Assembly (NCBI GenBank): GCA_963663865.1
Contig: OY760686.1
Coordinates: forward strand, 2,144,001-2,208,000
Source: Spirochaetota bacterium
GTDB taxonomy: Bacteria; Spirochaetota; UBA4802; UBA5550
Reading direction: 5' to 3'
DNA: 64,000 bases
The notes beneath the pieces are model-generated. The model did no database searches and was not told the origin of the DNA. It saw only the letters and a program-made list of their open reading frames with translations. This document shows, piece by piece, positions 39,170 through 50,477 of the stretch (the stretch's first letter is position 1; each line of letters begins with the position of its first letter). Position numbers and translations under genes: made by a program.

Positions 39170-40900
39170 CTAAAACTCTTCAAATCCGTCAACATTCATG
39201 GTCTGCTCCACTTTTCCGTCTTTAGTTCCGGACGCCTTTTTCTCGGCTTTCTTTACACCTTCATCCGGCTTTTTGTCATAGGCCTGATGAGTGAGCTTTA
39301 GATGAGTTTCCTTGTGCTTATGGGAATATGCACTGCTCTTCGTGTTATCTGAGATCTTGAACATCTCCATCATGCCAAGAAGTTCCTGTGCCTGATTGGC
39401 CATCTCTTCACTTGCCGAGGCGGTTTCCTCAACCAGCGCGGAGTTCTGCTGTGTCATGTTGTCCATTTCTGAAATTGCAATGTTGATCTGGGCCATACCG
39501 CGCTTCTGTTCTTCGGTAGCAGCGGCTATCTCTGATATCAGAACGCTAACACCCTTAACGGCGGCAATAATCTCTTTCAGTGCCTCGCCGCTCTTGTTAG
39601 CCAATCCGGTAGCTTTCTCCACCTTGTCAACAGAATCATTGATCAGGTTGCCAATCTCCTTTGCCGCTCCGCCGGCACGCTGAGCAAGATTTCTGACCTC
39701 GCCGGCGACAACAGCAAAGCCGCGTCCCTGTTCTCCAGCCCTGGCGGCTTCAACCGCGGCATTCAGAGCCAGAAGGTTTGTCTGAAAGGCTATCTCGTTA
39801 ATGACTGAAATAATCTCGGCGATTTTCTTGCTCGACTGGTTGACATCGTTTATGGACTGCACCGCTTCATTGACGACATCGCCTCCTTCAACGGCCATCT
39901 TTGACGCGTTGTCGCTGTTCTTGTTAGCCTCGAGGGCATTGTCAGTATTCTGTGTTATCGTGGCTGAAGCCTCCTCAATAGTTGAGGCAATCTCCTCGAT
40001 TGATGAAGCCTGTTCAGATGTTCTCTGTGAAAGATTTTCGTTACCACTCGAAATCTCCTGTACTGCCTGGGTGAGGTTCTGCGAAGCAACGATAACCTCT
40101 GAAATGAGTTTCTCAAGATTGTCAGCGGCTGTGTTGAGGGCATGGCCAAGTTGACCAAGCTCATCCTTCTGATTCAGGTCAATTCTCTTGGTAAAGTCAC
40201 CCTCTGCAATCCTCTTCGCAAACGCAAGCCCCTTGTTGACAGGACCTGAAACAGAACGGCTCAGCACAATCGTTATGAGGATTCCAAGGCCAATCGCACC
40301 GGACAGCAGGATAATTGAAAGTATGAACACCGACCTGGCATCGTCATTTTGTGCCTTAATCATCTCTTCCGCTTTTGTCTGTTGAAGTTGAATGAGGTCA
40401 TCCGTTATTGCCCGCAGTTTTCTGAAATCATTCAGCCAGTCGTTCTGTGGGGCCACTGCGCCGTCAAAATCACGTCTTTGAAGAAACTGGGACAATCTGG
40501 TTCTTGCATCCTGCATAGAAGCAATATATCCGTCCCATTCTTCGATCATCTTTTTTTCCTGTTCGCTGTGCGTCAGTTTTTTAAATTCATTCCATCTATC
40601 CATGTAAACTTCAGCAAGCCTGGCTGTATCATCAGATCTTTTCTTCGCCTCACCGTAATTCATGGCTTTAATAGACTCTATCTCCTGGAGTACATTTATC
40701 CTTATCTGAAGTACATTCCTCATGATTCGGTTGAGCTGTCTGACCGGAGTGAATCTGTTCTGAAAAAAATCATTGAAGCCGTTTGACGAAGATCTGACTG
40801 CCACAATCCCCTGAACGGCTATCACCGAAATCAATATCATGAATGCAAGACAGCATAAAAAGACCTTCGATGCAACCTTTAGATCATTGAACCACTTCAT
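39170..40900 (-). CDS. Methyl-accepting chemotaxis protein (4HB sensor, HAMP, C-terminal pentapeptide GFEEF)
   Basis: Two TMs; HAMP (DELGQL); [30 protein letters not shown]. Confidence 0.96.
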   Translation of the reverse strand: MKWFNDLKVASKVFLCCLAFMILISVIAVQGIVAVRSSSNGFNDFFQNRFTPVRQLNRIMRNVLQIRINVLQEIESIKAMNYGEAKKRSDDTARLAEVYMDRWNEFKKLTHSEQEKKMIEEWDGYIASMQDARTRLSQFLQRRDFDGAVAPQNDWLNDFRKLRAITDDLIQLQQTKAEEMIKAQNDDARSVFILSIILLSGAIGLGILITIVLSRSVSGPVNKGLAFAKRIAEGDFTKRIDLNQKDELGQLGHALNTAADNLEKLISEVIVASQNLTQAVQEISSGNENLSQRTSEQASSIEEIASTIEEASATITQNTDNALEANKNSDNASKMAVEGGDVVNEAVQSINDVNQSSKKIAEIISVINEIAFQTNLLALNAAVEAARAGEQGRGFAVVAGEVRNLAQRAGGAAKEIGNLINDSVDKVEKATGLANKSGEALKEIIAAVKGVSVLISEIAAATEEQKRGMAQINIAISEMDNMTQQNSALVEETASASEEMANQAQELLGMMEMFKISDNTKSSAYSHKHKETHLKLTHQAYDKKPDEGVKKAEKKASGTKDGKVEQTMNVDGFEEF

Positions 40901-41003
40901 TGTTGTCCTCCCTGGAATTCAGTTATACAGCTGCCGCTCAAGATGAAGGAAGAAATAATCTATGTCCCATAAACTTATCTTAAAGAATCAGCCGGTGGCC
41001 CCT

Positions 41004-41032
41004 ATTCTACATTTCCGATCCCGATTAGTCAA
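41004..41032 (-). promoter_or_regulatory. Putative sigma70 promoter of the chemosensory operon
   Basis: TTGACT-17 nt-TAGAAT on the minus strand, about 100 nt upstream of the MCP start. Confidence 0.65.
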
Positions 41033-41154
41033 CACGCGGAATGGACGTACATGTGGGGAATTTGATTTAATTTGTGTAGTCAAATCCCCCTACATTTTTA
41101 TAATCATTACAAATCTGAAATATGTTGAAACTATAACAGCTAAAACCTCAAAAA

Positions 41155-42813
41155 GTGTTTGCCTTAATAGAGCATGATTCAATAATTAATCATTTTGTGC
41201 GGTATTACTCGAACGGAAAACACCTATCTGCAACGGAAGGTCTAATGAACTCACTCAGAACAGAAGTCATAATCAACTGGATTCGACTGATATTCTCCTT
41301 TTTTTTCCTCGCCTCAGGGCTCTCCGCGTGGAAGACGGGTTCATCAGAATCCGTATATACCTACATTATTACGGGAAGCTTTATCCACTTCACGATAGTA
41401 TTTGTAAACGCCGTCGCCATCAAAATCAAGAAGATGCCCTCATGGCTGATCTATGCTTCAGTTACAGCGGAGCTGCTCAACCTTACGACGGTGAAATACG
41501 GATTTCACTTTGACCCTCATAACTCATGGGGCCTTTCAATTCGCGAAGAATCCACATTTATTCTCTACATCATTTTCGGTGTTATTCACGCGATGCGGTT
41601 TAACAGGAAGCTAAACGTCTACGCCGGAAGCGTGTCTGTGGCATGCTATGTTTTTCTCATGTACTGCGGCATCAGCAGCGGATTCATGCAATTCGTAAGG
41701 GAATCGTCGCTCATATTCAATGCGTCTTCTCTCAGAGTTCCAACAGAGCTGGCCAAGATCCTGTTCATGATAGGAAGCACAACATTCCTGAGCATCATGG
41801 CCCGTTTCACGACAGGCTACATCCGCCAGATAGAAAATTCCAAAGAGATCACAGCGCGTAATCTTGATGCCACAAACCGCCTCATTGACGATGTAAAACG
41901 AGTAACATCACAGCTCAGCAGCGCCGCTGAAGAGATATCCGCGACAACTATGTCCCTTGCCCGCAACGCTCAAACTCAGAGCCAGATGGAGCAGAGCATA
42001 TCCGAATCAAGCTCCGATAACGTTAAAAGCATTAATGAAATCGCGGAAAGCTCAGAGCTCCAGACACTGGCATTCACCGGCCTCTCCGACAGGGTTAGGG
42101 AGCTGTCCAGATCTATTGCCGAGCTCGGGAAGGAGGCATCATCAGCTGCCGCCCAGACGACGCTTCTGACAGAGAGGGTGACCTCGGGCCAGAACGCCAT
42201 TGCCTCGACCGAAAACAGCATGACCGCCATTGAAAACAGCTCGGAAGAGATGACGAATATCATGGAACTTATAAATGACATTTCGGATCAGATAAATCTT
42301 CTCTCGCTGAATGCCGCCATCGAATCAGCAAGAGCTGGTGAGGCCGGAAGGGGATTCGCCGTGGTTGCCGATGAGATTTCAAAGCTTGCCGATAAAACGG
42401 CAAGCAGTATTAAGGAAATCGAAGCCCTCTTAGCCAAAAACCGCACAGAGATAAAAAGCGGCCGCGAAAACGTATCCTATCTGAGCGGAATAATCAGAAT
42501 GATCATACAGGATATATCATCCGTGACCGGACTGCTATCGAAGTTTTCAGGCTATGTTAAAGTGCAAAGCGAGCAGAACGAAAAGGTCAACAGGGAATCA
42601 GAAAATATGGGAACGGTATCCATACGAATCGAAAAATCCCTCGAATCTCACAGAGAGGCGGTTAAAAAAATATCTGAAGCCATTGAGCAGATAGGAATCG
42701 TGGGCAGCGAGAACACAAGCGCAGCCGAAGAGATGGCGGCAAACGCGGAAGACCTCGCCGGCATGGCAGACAGGCTCAAAAGGCTCGTCGACGAGTTCCA
42801 ATTCGCGAAATAA
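41155..42813 (+). CDS. Methyl-accepting chemotaxis protein with multi-TM N-terminal sensor
   Basis: About 5-6 hydrophobic segments; [30 protein letters not shown]; the start may instead be ATG 41245. Confidence 0.92.
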   Translation: MFALIEHDSIINHFVRYYSNGKHLSATEGLMNSLRTEVIINWIRLIFSFFFLASGLSAWKTGSSESVYTYIITGSFIHFTIVFVNAVAIKIKKMPSWLIYASVTAELLNLTTVKYGFHFDPHNSWGLSIREESTFILYIIFGVIHAMRFNRKLNVYAGSVSVACYVFLMYCGISSGFMQFVRESSLIFNASSLRVPTELAKILFMIGSTTFLSIMARFTTGYIRQIENSKEITARNLDATNRLIDDVKRVTSQLSSAAEEISATTMSLARNAQTQSQMEQSISESSSDNVKSINEIAESSELQTLAFTGLSDRVRELSRSIAELGKEASSAAAQTTLLTERVTSGQNAIASTENSMTAIENSSEEMTNIMELINDISDQINLLSLNAAIESARAGEAGRGFAVVADEISKLADKTASSIKEIEALLAKNRTEIKSGRENVSYLSGIIRMIIQDISSVTGLLSKFSGYVKVQSEQNEKVNRESENMGTVSIRIEKSLESHREAVKKISEAIEQIGIVGSENTSAAEEMAANAEDLAGMADRLKRLVDEFQFAK

Positions 42814-42852
42814 TTACACCAGCTTTTCGGAGATGGGACTCGCTCAATGCAC

Positions 42853-44373
42853 TTAGAATTTTCTCCTCATCGCCCTGAGCATGAGCATCAGCCCTTTCAG
42901 CCTGGCCGGCACTGACCGGCCGAACAGAAAGTCAAGCGCTCCCTTAAGCCCTTCGTAGACCACACGGCCGCCCGGATACCACCAGAAGTTCATCCGTCCG
43001 GCAGCCCTGACGTCCTCCACGACAACTCTGGTTCGTGTCACCTCCATGAACCCTTCTTTCCCATGAGTCCTCCCTGAACCGGAATGCTTTATCCCTCCCC
43101 ACGGCACCGAGGGAATTCCATGACTCATGAGATGGTCATTAACGGTGACTGTACCGCTGTTAAGCTTTCGTGATATTCGCTGTGCCGTCCTTCGCTCTGA
43201 AGTCCAAACGGACGCTGTCAGCCCGAGCAGCGACCTGTTTGCCATCTCAACGGCCTCCTCTTCTTTCTCATACGGGACAACCGCAATGACCGGGCCGAAT
43301 ATCTCCTCGTTCATTACCCGCATACTGCTGCCAACATTGATCAAAACACGGCATGGAACAGCAAGCTCTGTCCCACCTGAAGCTGACTCCGCGTAAACTG
43401 AGGCGCCCTTCGAAAGCGCGTCATCGAGAATGCCCTTTATGGAATCTGCCTGTTTCGTCGACGCAACAGGCCCAATATCGCATGCCGCCCCACTGCCCGC
43501 GCAAATGGTATCAGTCCTGCGCTTCAACGCTTCCAGGAATTCTCTGTATATTTCACTGTGGACATAGACCCTCTCAACCGCTCCGCATGACTGACCGGCA
43601 TTGTGAAACCCGGCCCATACAGCTCCCGCGGCAGCCGTCTCAATATCGGCATCGGAGCAAACTATCATCGGGTCATTGCCTCCGAGTTCAAGAGAAAGGG
43701 GAGTAAGCGTCTCAGCGGCCTTTCGCGACAGATATTTTCCAGCCTCAACCGAGCCTGTAAACAGAAGCTTGTCCACACCTCCATCCAGAAAGGCATCTCC
43801 CGCCTCAGGACCCGGCATGTTTACATAATTGAACAGACCCGTTGGAAGTGAAGCTGATTCAATCGTCTCTTTCAGTATATTACCCGTTATCTGAGTTGCC
43901 GACGCGGTTTTTAATATGACAGCGTTACCGGCCAGAAGAGCGGTCAAGACTTCGGAAAAAGGTATCGAGAAGGGATAGTTCCAGGGTGAGATAATCCCTA
44001 TTACACCATAGGGCTCCCGGAATATGTGTGTCCTTTTATTATAGAAAAGGATTGTTCCCGTCCCGGGGCTTTCAGGCTTTAAAAATCGCGGCGCCATTTT
44101 GCAATAGTACCCTGCCGCGGCGACAGCCGGAACCAGCTCAGCAGCGAGCGCGTCAAGTGCTGTTTTACCGCAGTCACGCGAAATCCCCTCCGCGATCCGG
44201 TCAATATTCTCAAGCAGGAAGGCTTTGACACCGTTAAGGATCCGGCAGCGCTCCTTTACGCTGATTGAGGACCACTCTCTCTGAGCGGAGCGGGCCCGCT
44301 CAACTATTGCTTTCACCTCTGCGGCGCCGGTCCTGCTCAGCGTTGCGGTATTATTGTCAGGACTCTCTTCCAT
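42853..44373 (-). CDS. Aldehyde dehydrogenase
   Basis: SPWNYP, FTGS, LELGG, GQSC, EEIFGP, PWGGIKHSG. Confidence 0.95.
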   Translation of the reverse strand: MEESPDNNTATLSRTGAAEVKAIVERARSAQREWSSISVKERCRILNGVKAFLLENIDRIAEGISRDCGKTALDALAAELVPAVAAAGYYCKMAPRFLKPESPGTGTILFYNKRTHIFREPYGVIGIISPWNYPFSIPFSEVLTALLAGNAVILKTASATQITGNILKETIESASLPTGLFNYVNMPGPEAGDAFLDGGVDKLLFTGSVEAGKYLSRKAAETLTPLSLELGGNDPMIVCSDADIETAAAGAVWAGFHNAGQSCGAVERVYVHSEIYREFLEALKRRTDTICAGSGAACDIGPVASTKQADSIKGILDDALSKGASVYAESASGGTELAVPCRVLINVGSSMRVMNEEIFGPVIAVVPYEKEEEAVEMANRSLLGLTASVWTSERRTAQRISRKLNSGTVTVNDHLMSHGIPSVPWGGIKHSGSGRTHGKEGFMEVTRTRVVVEDVRAAGRMNFWWYPGGRVVYEGLKGALDFLFGRSVPARLKGLMLMLRAMRRKF

Positions 44374-44438
44374 TGTCTCCTTTCCTCCGGCTGTATTAAA
44401 ACTCGTTTAGCGTATGCTTCTCCTTAAACCGTCCCAAA

Positions 44439-46418
44439 CTACAACTTAACACTCTTTTCCTTATTCAAAATCACTTCTTCAATCACCGGTCCAAGCTCAT
44501 CGATTTTTATCGGTTTGGAGATATAGTGATCCATACCGACTGCCATAGACTTTTCTCTTATACTGTCGATAACATGGGCTGTCATCGCAATTATTGGAAT
44601 ATCACGGTTTCTTTTACCGGCCTCCCCGCGCCTTATCAGCTCAGTTGCCTCGATTCCGTCCATTTCGGGCATCTCTATATCCATTAAAATCACATTAAAT
44701 TTTTTTGACTGCAGCTCCTTCAGAGCTTCTCTGCCGTTCTCTACGAGTGAATGGGTGTGGCCCAGCTTCTTCAGCACCATTGATGTCAGCTTCTGATTGA
44801 CGGGGTTGTCCTCGGCCACCAGAACATTCAGAGACCTGACGCTTTCCTGAAGCGCCATTGACGTGTGACCATTCTCCATTATCTCCCTGCCCGGCTGCAG
44901 CGGAATCTCGCATGAAAAAACGCTGCCCCTGCCCGGTTCAGATTCCACGTGAATACGCCCATTCATAAGCTCCACAAGCTGCCTGGAAATTGCAAGCCCG
45001 AGCCCTGTCCCGCCGTACTTTCTCGCGGTGCTCTGCTCGGCCTGCGTAAAGCTTTCGAAAATTGATGCAAGCCTCTCTTGCTTAATTCCGATACCGGTAT
45101 CACTGACGGTAAATCTCAGATTATTTATCCCTTTACCGCCGGACAAAGTTCCTTCTGTTGAACTGACTTCCTCAACCGCCAGGTTGACTCCACCCTTTTC
45201 TGTAAATTTGACCGCGTTCCCCACAATGTTCAGCAATATCTGCCTCAGCCTTGACGGATCCCCTCTGAAGTAATTCCCAACGCCGTCGGATATAATTACA
45301 GAAAAATCCAAATGTTTCTCAGCAGCCTTTACTTTCATGGGCTTGACTATGCTGCTCACCAGTTTTCTCAGGTCGAAATCTATTTTTTCGAGAATCATCC
45401 CCCCGGCTTCAGCGCGTGAAAAATCCAGAATATCGTTGATTATTGACAATAGATGCTGTGAGGATTCCCTCACTGTATTCAGGTAGTCTATTCTTTCGTC
45501 CTCATCAGCGGTCAGGAGAGCCAGGTTGGTCATCCCGACTATCGCGTTCATTGGTGTCCTTATTTCATGGCTCATACTTGCGAGAAACTGGGACTTGGCA
45601 ATAGTAGCAAGTTCCGCCTTTTCCTTTGCGGCTATCAGGTTATCATGCTGCTCTTTGATGAGCTTTTCCGCGTTTTTCCTCTCGGAAATATCTGTAATAA
45701 AAACAATATTCTCTCTCCTGCTGCTGCCATTGAGCCTTTCAATAGAAAAACCAGCTTCAAAAGGGCCGGCATCCTTTCTGACCAGGACGGTTTCAAACTG
45801 GATCGAAGAAACCTCTGAATTAAGATACTCTCTGACTGCCCGGAGAAACGCCGGCCTGGCCTCATCAGAGACAAAGTCCTTTATCGGATCTCCGTAAAGC
45901 TCCTCCTCTCTGCAGTTAAGCATTCGGCACAGGCTCTGATTAACGAAAGATAACTCTGTTCCATCGAGAATAGCGATTCCTTCGCTTGTTCTCTGTATCA
46001 GATTGTGATATCTGGTTTCTGTTTCAATTATCTCAGCCTGCATAACCTCGCTTTCAGTGATATTGTAAAAATACACAGCTGCGTACCGCTGTCCCGAGAT
46101 TTCCCACGGCGCTGCATAAAATGAGAAGACAGCCGGATACGAAGAAGAATCCTTTCCGGCAGAACGAATAAAGTTTACCGTCTTACCGCTTATCAGGACA
46201 TTGTCCACATATTCCGAGAAGCCGGTATTCCTGAAGACAGCAATATCATCATATCTTGACGCGCGCAACTCCAGGGGGCTCTGTCCAAGAATATCGGGGA
46301 CTCTATCATTGAACGCTGCAACGCTCCCGTCCTCACTCAAAACGATTATACCGCCGGGATATGTTCCCATTATTAGTCCGCCAATACCCGCGGCGTCTAT
46401 CGTGCTCTTTTTTTTCAT
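44439..46418 (-). CDS. Cytoplasmic PAS-PAS hybrid histidine kinase/response regulator
   Basis: SHEIRTPMN, NIVGNAVKFT, DTGIG, GGTGLGL; REC domain AEDN...MDIEMP...KP. Confidence 0.95.
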   Translation of the reverse strand: MKKKSTIDAAGIGGLIMGTYPGGIIVLSEDGSVAAFNDRVPDILGQSPLELRASRYDDIAVFRNTGFSEYVDNVLISGKTVNFIRSAGKDSSSYPAVFSFYAAPWEISGQRYAAVYFYNITESEVMQAEIIETETRYHNLIQRTSEGIAILDGTELSFVNQSLCRMLNCREEELYGDPIKDFVSDEARPAFLRAVREYLNSEVSSIQFETVLVRKDAGPFEAGFSIERLNGSSRRENIVFITDISERKNAEKLIKEQHDNLIAAKEKAELATIAKSQFLASMSHEIRTPMNAIVGMTNLALLTADEDERIDYLNTVRESSQHLLSIINDILDFSRAEAGGMILEKIDFDLRKLVSSIVKPMKVKAAEKHLDFSVIISDGVGNYFRGDPSRLRQILLNIVGNAVKFTEKGGVNLAVEEVSSTEGTLSGGKGINNLRFTVSDTGIGIKQERLASIFESFTQAEQSTARKYGGTGLGLAISRQLVELMNGRIHVESEPGRGSVFSCEIPLQPGREIMENGHTSMALQESVRSLNVLVAEDNPVNQKLTSMVLKKLGHTHSLVENGREALKELQSKKFNVILMDIEMPEMDGIEATELIRRGEAGKRNRDIPIIAMTAHVIDSIREKSMAVGMDHYISKPIKIDELGPVIEEVILNKEKSVKL

Positions 46419-46588
46419 GCCTGGTACCTGATGTTTTCAGTTTCACTATGATTGAATTGCAAAGACCGCCACAATAATACATCATTTAATGAATATTGCA
46501 ATCAAATGTTTGAGGTGGAATACATATAACCGAATGAAAACCCGGCTATGTTTTTTGGAGGGTGGATAAAGCCTTTCTTAAAAATGAC

Positions 46589-46616
46589 AGAAGGCCGGCT
46601 ATTAAACCGGCCTTCT
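46589..46616 (-). terminator. Terminator hairpin downstream of the tRNA-Leu/tRNA-Gly pair
   Basis: agaaggccgg...ccggccttct 10-bp stem, followed on the minus strand by gtcattttt. Confidence 0.75.
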
Positions 46617-46619
46617 ATG

Positions 46620-46691
<72 letters not shown>

Positions 46692-46697
46692 GTAATA

Positions 46698-46779
46698 TGC
46701 GAGCGAAGGGAATCGAACCCCCACGCCTTGCGGCACTAGATCCTAAGTCTAGCGTGTCTGCCAGTTCCACCACGCTCGC
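46698..46779 (-). tRNA. tRNA-Leu(TAG)
   Basis: GCGAGCGTGGTGGAACTGGCAGACACGCTAGACTTAGGATCTAG, long variable arm, GTTCGATT...CGCTCGCA; CCA not encoded. Confidence 0.96.
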
Positions 46780-47066
46780 CCTTCGCTACGATGATTAACC
46801 AGTAATTTTTACACCATTATTTTGCAAGCATTTTTTGAAAACCCGAAAAGCATAATGACTGAATTTTCATCAAAAAAGAACTTATATACAAATTCAATAA
46901 TTATTCTCTATATCAAGCTTAGCATGATTGATTTTAATCCAATTGCTGCGGAATTATTACTGACAAATCAGGACAACGTCTTAATCAGGTTACTTGCGGT
47001 AATGAGGCCAGGCAAAAGCAAGCACACAAAAAAAGCTCCATCCGGCAACCCTGAAGAGGCGATTTG

Positions 47067-47798
47067 ATGAAATTCAGCATTCTTTACGAAGACAACCACA
47101 TTATAGCCGTGGATAAACCCGCGGGTATGCTGGTGCAGCAGGACTATTCAGGAAGCGATTCTCTGCTTGACCATGTTAAGCAGTACATTAAGGAGAGCCG
47201 CGGCAAACCCGGAAACGTCTACCTGGGCCTCGTCCACAGACTTGACCGGCCCGTCTCGGGGGCTGTTGTCCTGGCAAAGACATCAAAGGCCGCTTCAAGG
47301 CTGTCTGAGGCTTTCAAAAGCAGAAATGTCGAAAAGCTCTACACAGCACTCGTCCACTCCGGCGATAAAGCCCCGGGAAAGGGCTGGACAACCCTCGAGA
47401 GTGAGCTTACCAGGGTGAGGGGAAAATCAAGGGAATCCCGCTCAGGCGACTACGGGATAAAACCTTCAAAGCTTGAATACTCTCAAATCTGCTCGAGCCG
47501 TTGCTACTCCCTTTTGCTGATAAGGCTGCATACAGGCAGAAAGCACCAGATCAGAGCACAGATGTCAGCGGCAGGAATGCCTGTCGTCGGCGACAGAGAA
47601 TACGGTTCAACAGAGACGGTAAGCGGCGGAATCTGTCTTCACTCGTGTCTGATAAGCTTTAAACATCCTGTCAGAGATGATGTAATTACTGTCAAATCGT
47701 CAGCTCCATCAAGAATTACAGAATTAATAAAGATGCCGGCTGAAGATATACAAAAAATCATTGACGCGCAGCACTCTGAGACGATAAGCTGCACTTAA
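47067..47798 (+). CDS. RluA-family pseudouridine synthase
   Basis: ILYED, VDKPAG, VHRLDRPVSG, TGRKHQIR, GDREYG. Confidence 0.93.
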   Translation: MKFSILYEDNHIIAVDKPAGMLVQQDYSGSDSLLDHVKQYIKESRGKPGNVYLGLVHRLDRPVSGAVVLAKTSKAASRLSEAFKSRNVEKLYTALVHSGDKAPGKGWTTLESELTRVRGKSRESRSGDYGIKPSKLEYSQICSSRCYSLLLIRLHTGRKHQIRAQMSAAGMPVVGDREYGSTETVSGGICLHSCLISFKHPVRDDVITVKSSAPSRITELIKMPAEDIQKIIDAQHSETISCT

Positions 47799-47817
47799 TT
47801 CCACTCTGGTGTGTTTA

Positions 47818-48339
47818 ATGCTAAAGATTATACGACATAAAATATTGGCTGTTGCGTTTCTGTCAGCCGTGCTGCTGTCTTCAGCCCCTGCCTCAGCCTA
47901 TGTTTTCAACTCTTCATACAGCGGCTCAATAACCATACAGCTTGACTCGGGCATTGATTCCGAAGACCACGGAACCCTGTACAGAGGGCTAAGCGGAGCT
48001 TTTACAACATTTTCGCAGCTCAGTACCAGTATGAGTATTTTTACGACCAGCGTTCTTTACTTTACCGGATATTCCCCGGAGCAGGCTTCCGGAGAACTCG
48101 GGCCGATATCCCTCAGACAAAATCAGTCCTATGAACACAGAAGCAGCACCGGAGAACTTTTCATGTTCATGGGAGTTCTCGGCTCGTCGCTGGCCGGCTA
48201 CCGTTTCGGCTTTTCAAATGATCTTCTCGCCGTATTGCCTGTAGTTCCAAGCTGGGATTCAGCTTCATCAGTGCCCGGCAAATACGACGTCTACGAATTC
48301 GACTACGGCCTCTTCGTCTACTTTTCTAAAGATTTCTGA
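47818..48339 (+). CDS. Hypothetical exported protein
   Basis: Signal peptide ending ASA; ends GLFVYFSKDF (possible beta-signal); GTG 47809 is an alternative start. Confidence 0.6.
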   Translation: MLKIIRHKILAVAFLSAVLLSSAPASAYVFNSSYSGSITIQLDSGIDSEDHGTLYRGLSGAFTTFSQLSTSMSIFTTSVLYFTGYSPEQASGELGPISLRQNQSYEHRSSTGELFMFMGVLGSSLAGYRFGFSNDLLAVLPVVPSWDSASSVPGKYDVYEFDYGLFVYFSKDF

Positions 48340-48395
48340 CAGGATTCTCCGGTCAGCCTTGAGAAGCCCTTCAGTCATCAACAAAGGGGTTTGCG

Positions 48396-49562
48396 ATGTC
48401 AGACAGAATTGAAACATACAGAAACAGACCCACCAGAGCCCTTATATCGGTCGCAGCACTTGAGAACAACTTCCGTATTGTGCAGAAGTGCGTTGGACCT
48501 GAGAGAACAATAATGGCCATGGTGAAGGCAGACGCGTACGGCCACGGCATTCTTGAAATCTCAAGAATAATGCTCAACCTGGGAGCGGGTTACCTGGGCG
48601 TTGCGTACCTCGAAGAAGCTGTGTACCTGAGAAAAAACGGTATAGAAGCCCCGATTCTCGTCCTCGGCGCCATTAACACCGACCAGATTGATGATTTCCT
48701 CGAAAACGGCATTGAAATTACCGCCTCTTCAATCGATAAGTCCAGAGCAATATCAGAAGCGGCTGTCAGAAAAGGCGTTACAGCGAAAGTCCACCTTAAA
48801 ATAGACACAGGGATGGAGCGAATCGGAGTACACTGGTACAATGCTGAACGCTTTATAGCTGAAACACTTGATATGCCGGGAATCGACATCAGAGGGATTT
48901 TCTCACACCTGGCCAAAGCTGAATCAGATACGTCCTTTACAGCGGCTCAGCTGGACCGATTTGAAGAAACACTTGAGATATACGGGAAGCTCAGTCCGCT
49001 GCCTCCATACGTTCACATAGCTAATTCCGCGGCAGTGCTGAATTATCCGCGCTCATATTACACAATGGTCAGGCCAGGGATACTTCTCTACGGATACGAC
49101 CCGGCAGGCCTGCATCACGGCAGGCCCTGCGAGGGAATGGCGATTGAACCCGCTATGAGCCTGATAAGCAAGGTCTCCTACTTCAAGGTATGTCCGCCGG
49201 AGACAGGCATCAGCTACGGGCATACTTACAAAACACAGTCTCAGACACGGGTTGTGACGCTTCCAGTCGGATACGGCGACGGCTATTCCAGGCTGCTTTC
49301 AAATCAGGGCGAGACCATTATCCGCGGAAAGACCTGCCCTGTAGCAGGAACCATATGCATGGATCAGATGATGGTGGATATCGGCCCGGACGGGACAGGA
49401 TACAACGGGGATGACGCCCTTCTTTTCGGCAAATACGGTGAATCATACATCCCCCTCGAATCACTTTGTTCCAAAATCGGCACCATCCCATATGAGTTTC
49501 TCTGCGGGATAAGCGGAAGGGTGCCGAGAATATATATAAACCGCGGGCAAGAAAGTCTGTGA
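48396..49562 (+). CDS. alr: Alanine racemase
   Basis: MVKADAYGHG, HLKIDTGMERIG, ANSA, VRPGILLYG, VGYGDG, CMDQ, TIPYE. Confidence 0.97.
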   Translation: MSDRIETYRNRPTRALISVAALENNFRIVQKCVGPERTIMAMVKADAYGHGILEISRIMLNLGAGYLGVAYLEEAVYLRKNGIEAPILVLGAINTDQIDDFLENGIEITASSIDKSRAISEAAVRKGVTAKVHLKIDTGMERIGVHWYNAERFIAETLDMPGIDIRGIFSHLAKAESDTSFTAAQLDRFEETLEIYGKLSPLPPYVHIANSAAVLNYPRSYYTMVRPGILLYGYDPAGLHHGRPCEGMAIEPAMSLISKVSYFKVCPPETGISYGHTYKTQSQTRVVTLPVGYGDGYSRLLSNQGETIIRGKTCPVAGTICMDQMMVDIGPDGTGYNGDDALLFGKYGESYIPLESLCSKIGTIPYEFLCGISGRVPRIYINRGQESL

Positions 49563-49586
49563 CAATTACAAATACGAGCTCTTATA

Positions 49587-50471
49587 ATGAATGTAAACGA
49601 TAGCGATTTCGGTTCCCTGTTTGACGACAACGGCTCTCAGCAGGAAGACTTCCTTTCTGATTCAGATATCTCGCTCGACGATGCTCCCGACCTGGATTTC
49701 GGACTTGATGACTCTGAAATTAAGCTGACGGATACAGTCGAAGACGTTCTCGGGCAGACGGCTCCGGCAGCCCGAAAAAAGAGAACATCTGAGGATTTTT
49801 CACCCGATATGGACATGATACTCATCACGGCCCAATCCTCCATGATAATCGAAGGAACACGCATGATGAGCATTAAAAAATATGGGGCGTCAACCCTCGA
49901 AACCTACAGAGAAGCGATCAACGGCATTGAGCTTTACATCAAGCTCATTGAAAGAAATCCCGCGAGCTTTCACAAGCTGTTAAAACAATGCAGCGCGGAT
50001 ATCGATTGTCAGGAAGTCTCCAACATAGTGATAAATCTTTACAAAACAAGGTTCGGAGAAGAACCGGACTCGGATGAAAGAAAGCTCAAGGCATTTGAAA
50101 TTCTCAGAGACAGGCTGAAAAACGCCTACTACAAAGCGCTCATCAGCCGGACAATGTCTTCCATGAAAAAATACTTTCTGCTGTCGGGCGACCTCGACAC
50201 CGCAAAGGTCAGCAGGCTTATTGAAACTCAGAATCGCGAACTCGCCTCGGATGTTCTGACTGTCAGCGAGCATATCAAAATAGCCCTTGCGCTTCTAAAA
50301 AGCGGCAACGCCGAAATCATTCAGGGAATGAAGGGTAAGGATATGAACGTCTTCATCATCAAGGCAAGCAGCCTTCTCTCCCACTACTCAAGATTGACGG
50401 GGCAGTCCGAAGCGGCCGATTACTACATGCGAATGTACAGCACATACTCAAGGTACTTTATCATCAGGTAG
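49587..50471 (+). CDS. Hypothetical protein with acidic N-terminus and helical C-terminal part
   Basis: 294-aa ORF co-oriented with alr; no recognisable motif. Confidence 0.7.
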   Translation: MNVNDSDFGSLFDDNGSQQEDFLSDSDISLDDAPDLDFGLDDSEIKLTDTVEDVLGQTAPAARKKRTSEDFSPDMDMILITAQSSMIIEGTRMMSIKKYGASTLETYREAINGIELYIKLIERNPASFHKLLKQCSADIDCQEVSNIVINLYKTRFGEEPDSDERKLKAFEILRDRLKNAYYKALISRTMSSMKKYFLLSGDLDTAKVSRLIETQNRELASDVLTVSEHIKIALALLKSGNAEIIQGMKGKDMNVFIIKASSLLSHYSRLTGQSEAADYYMRMYSTYSRYFIIR

Positions 50472-50477
50472 GCCCGA

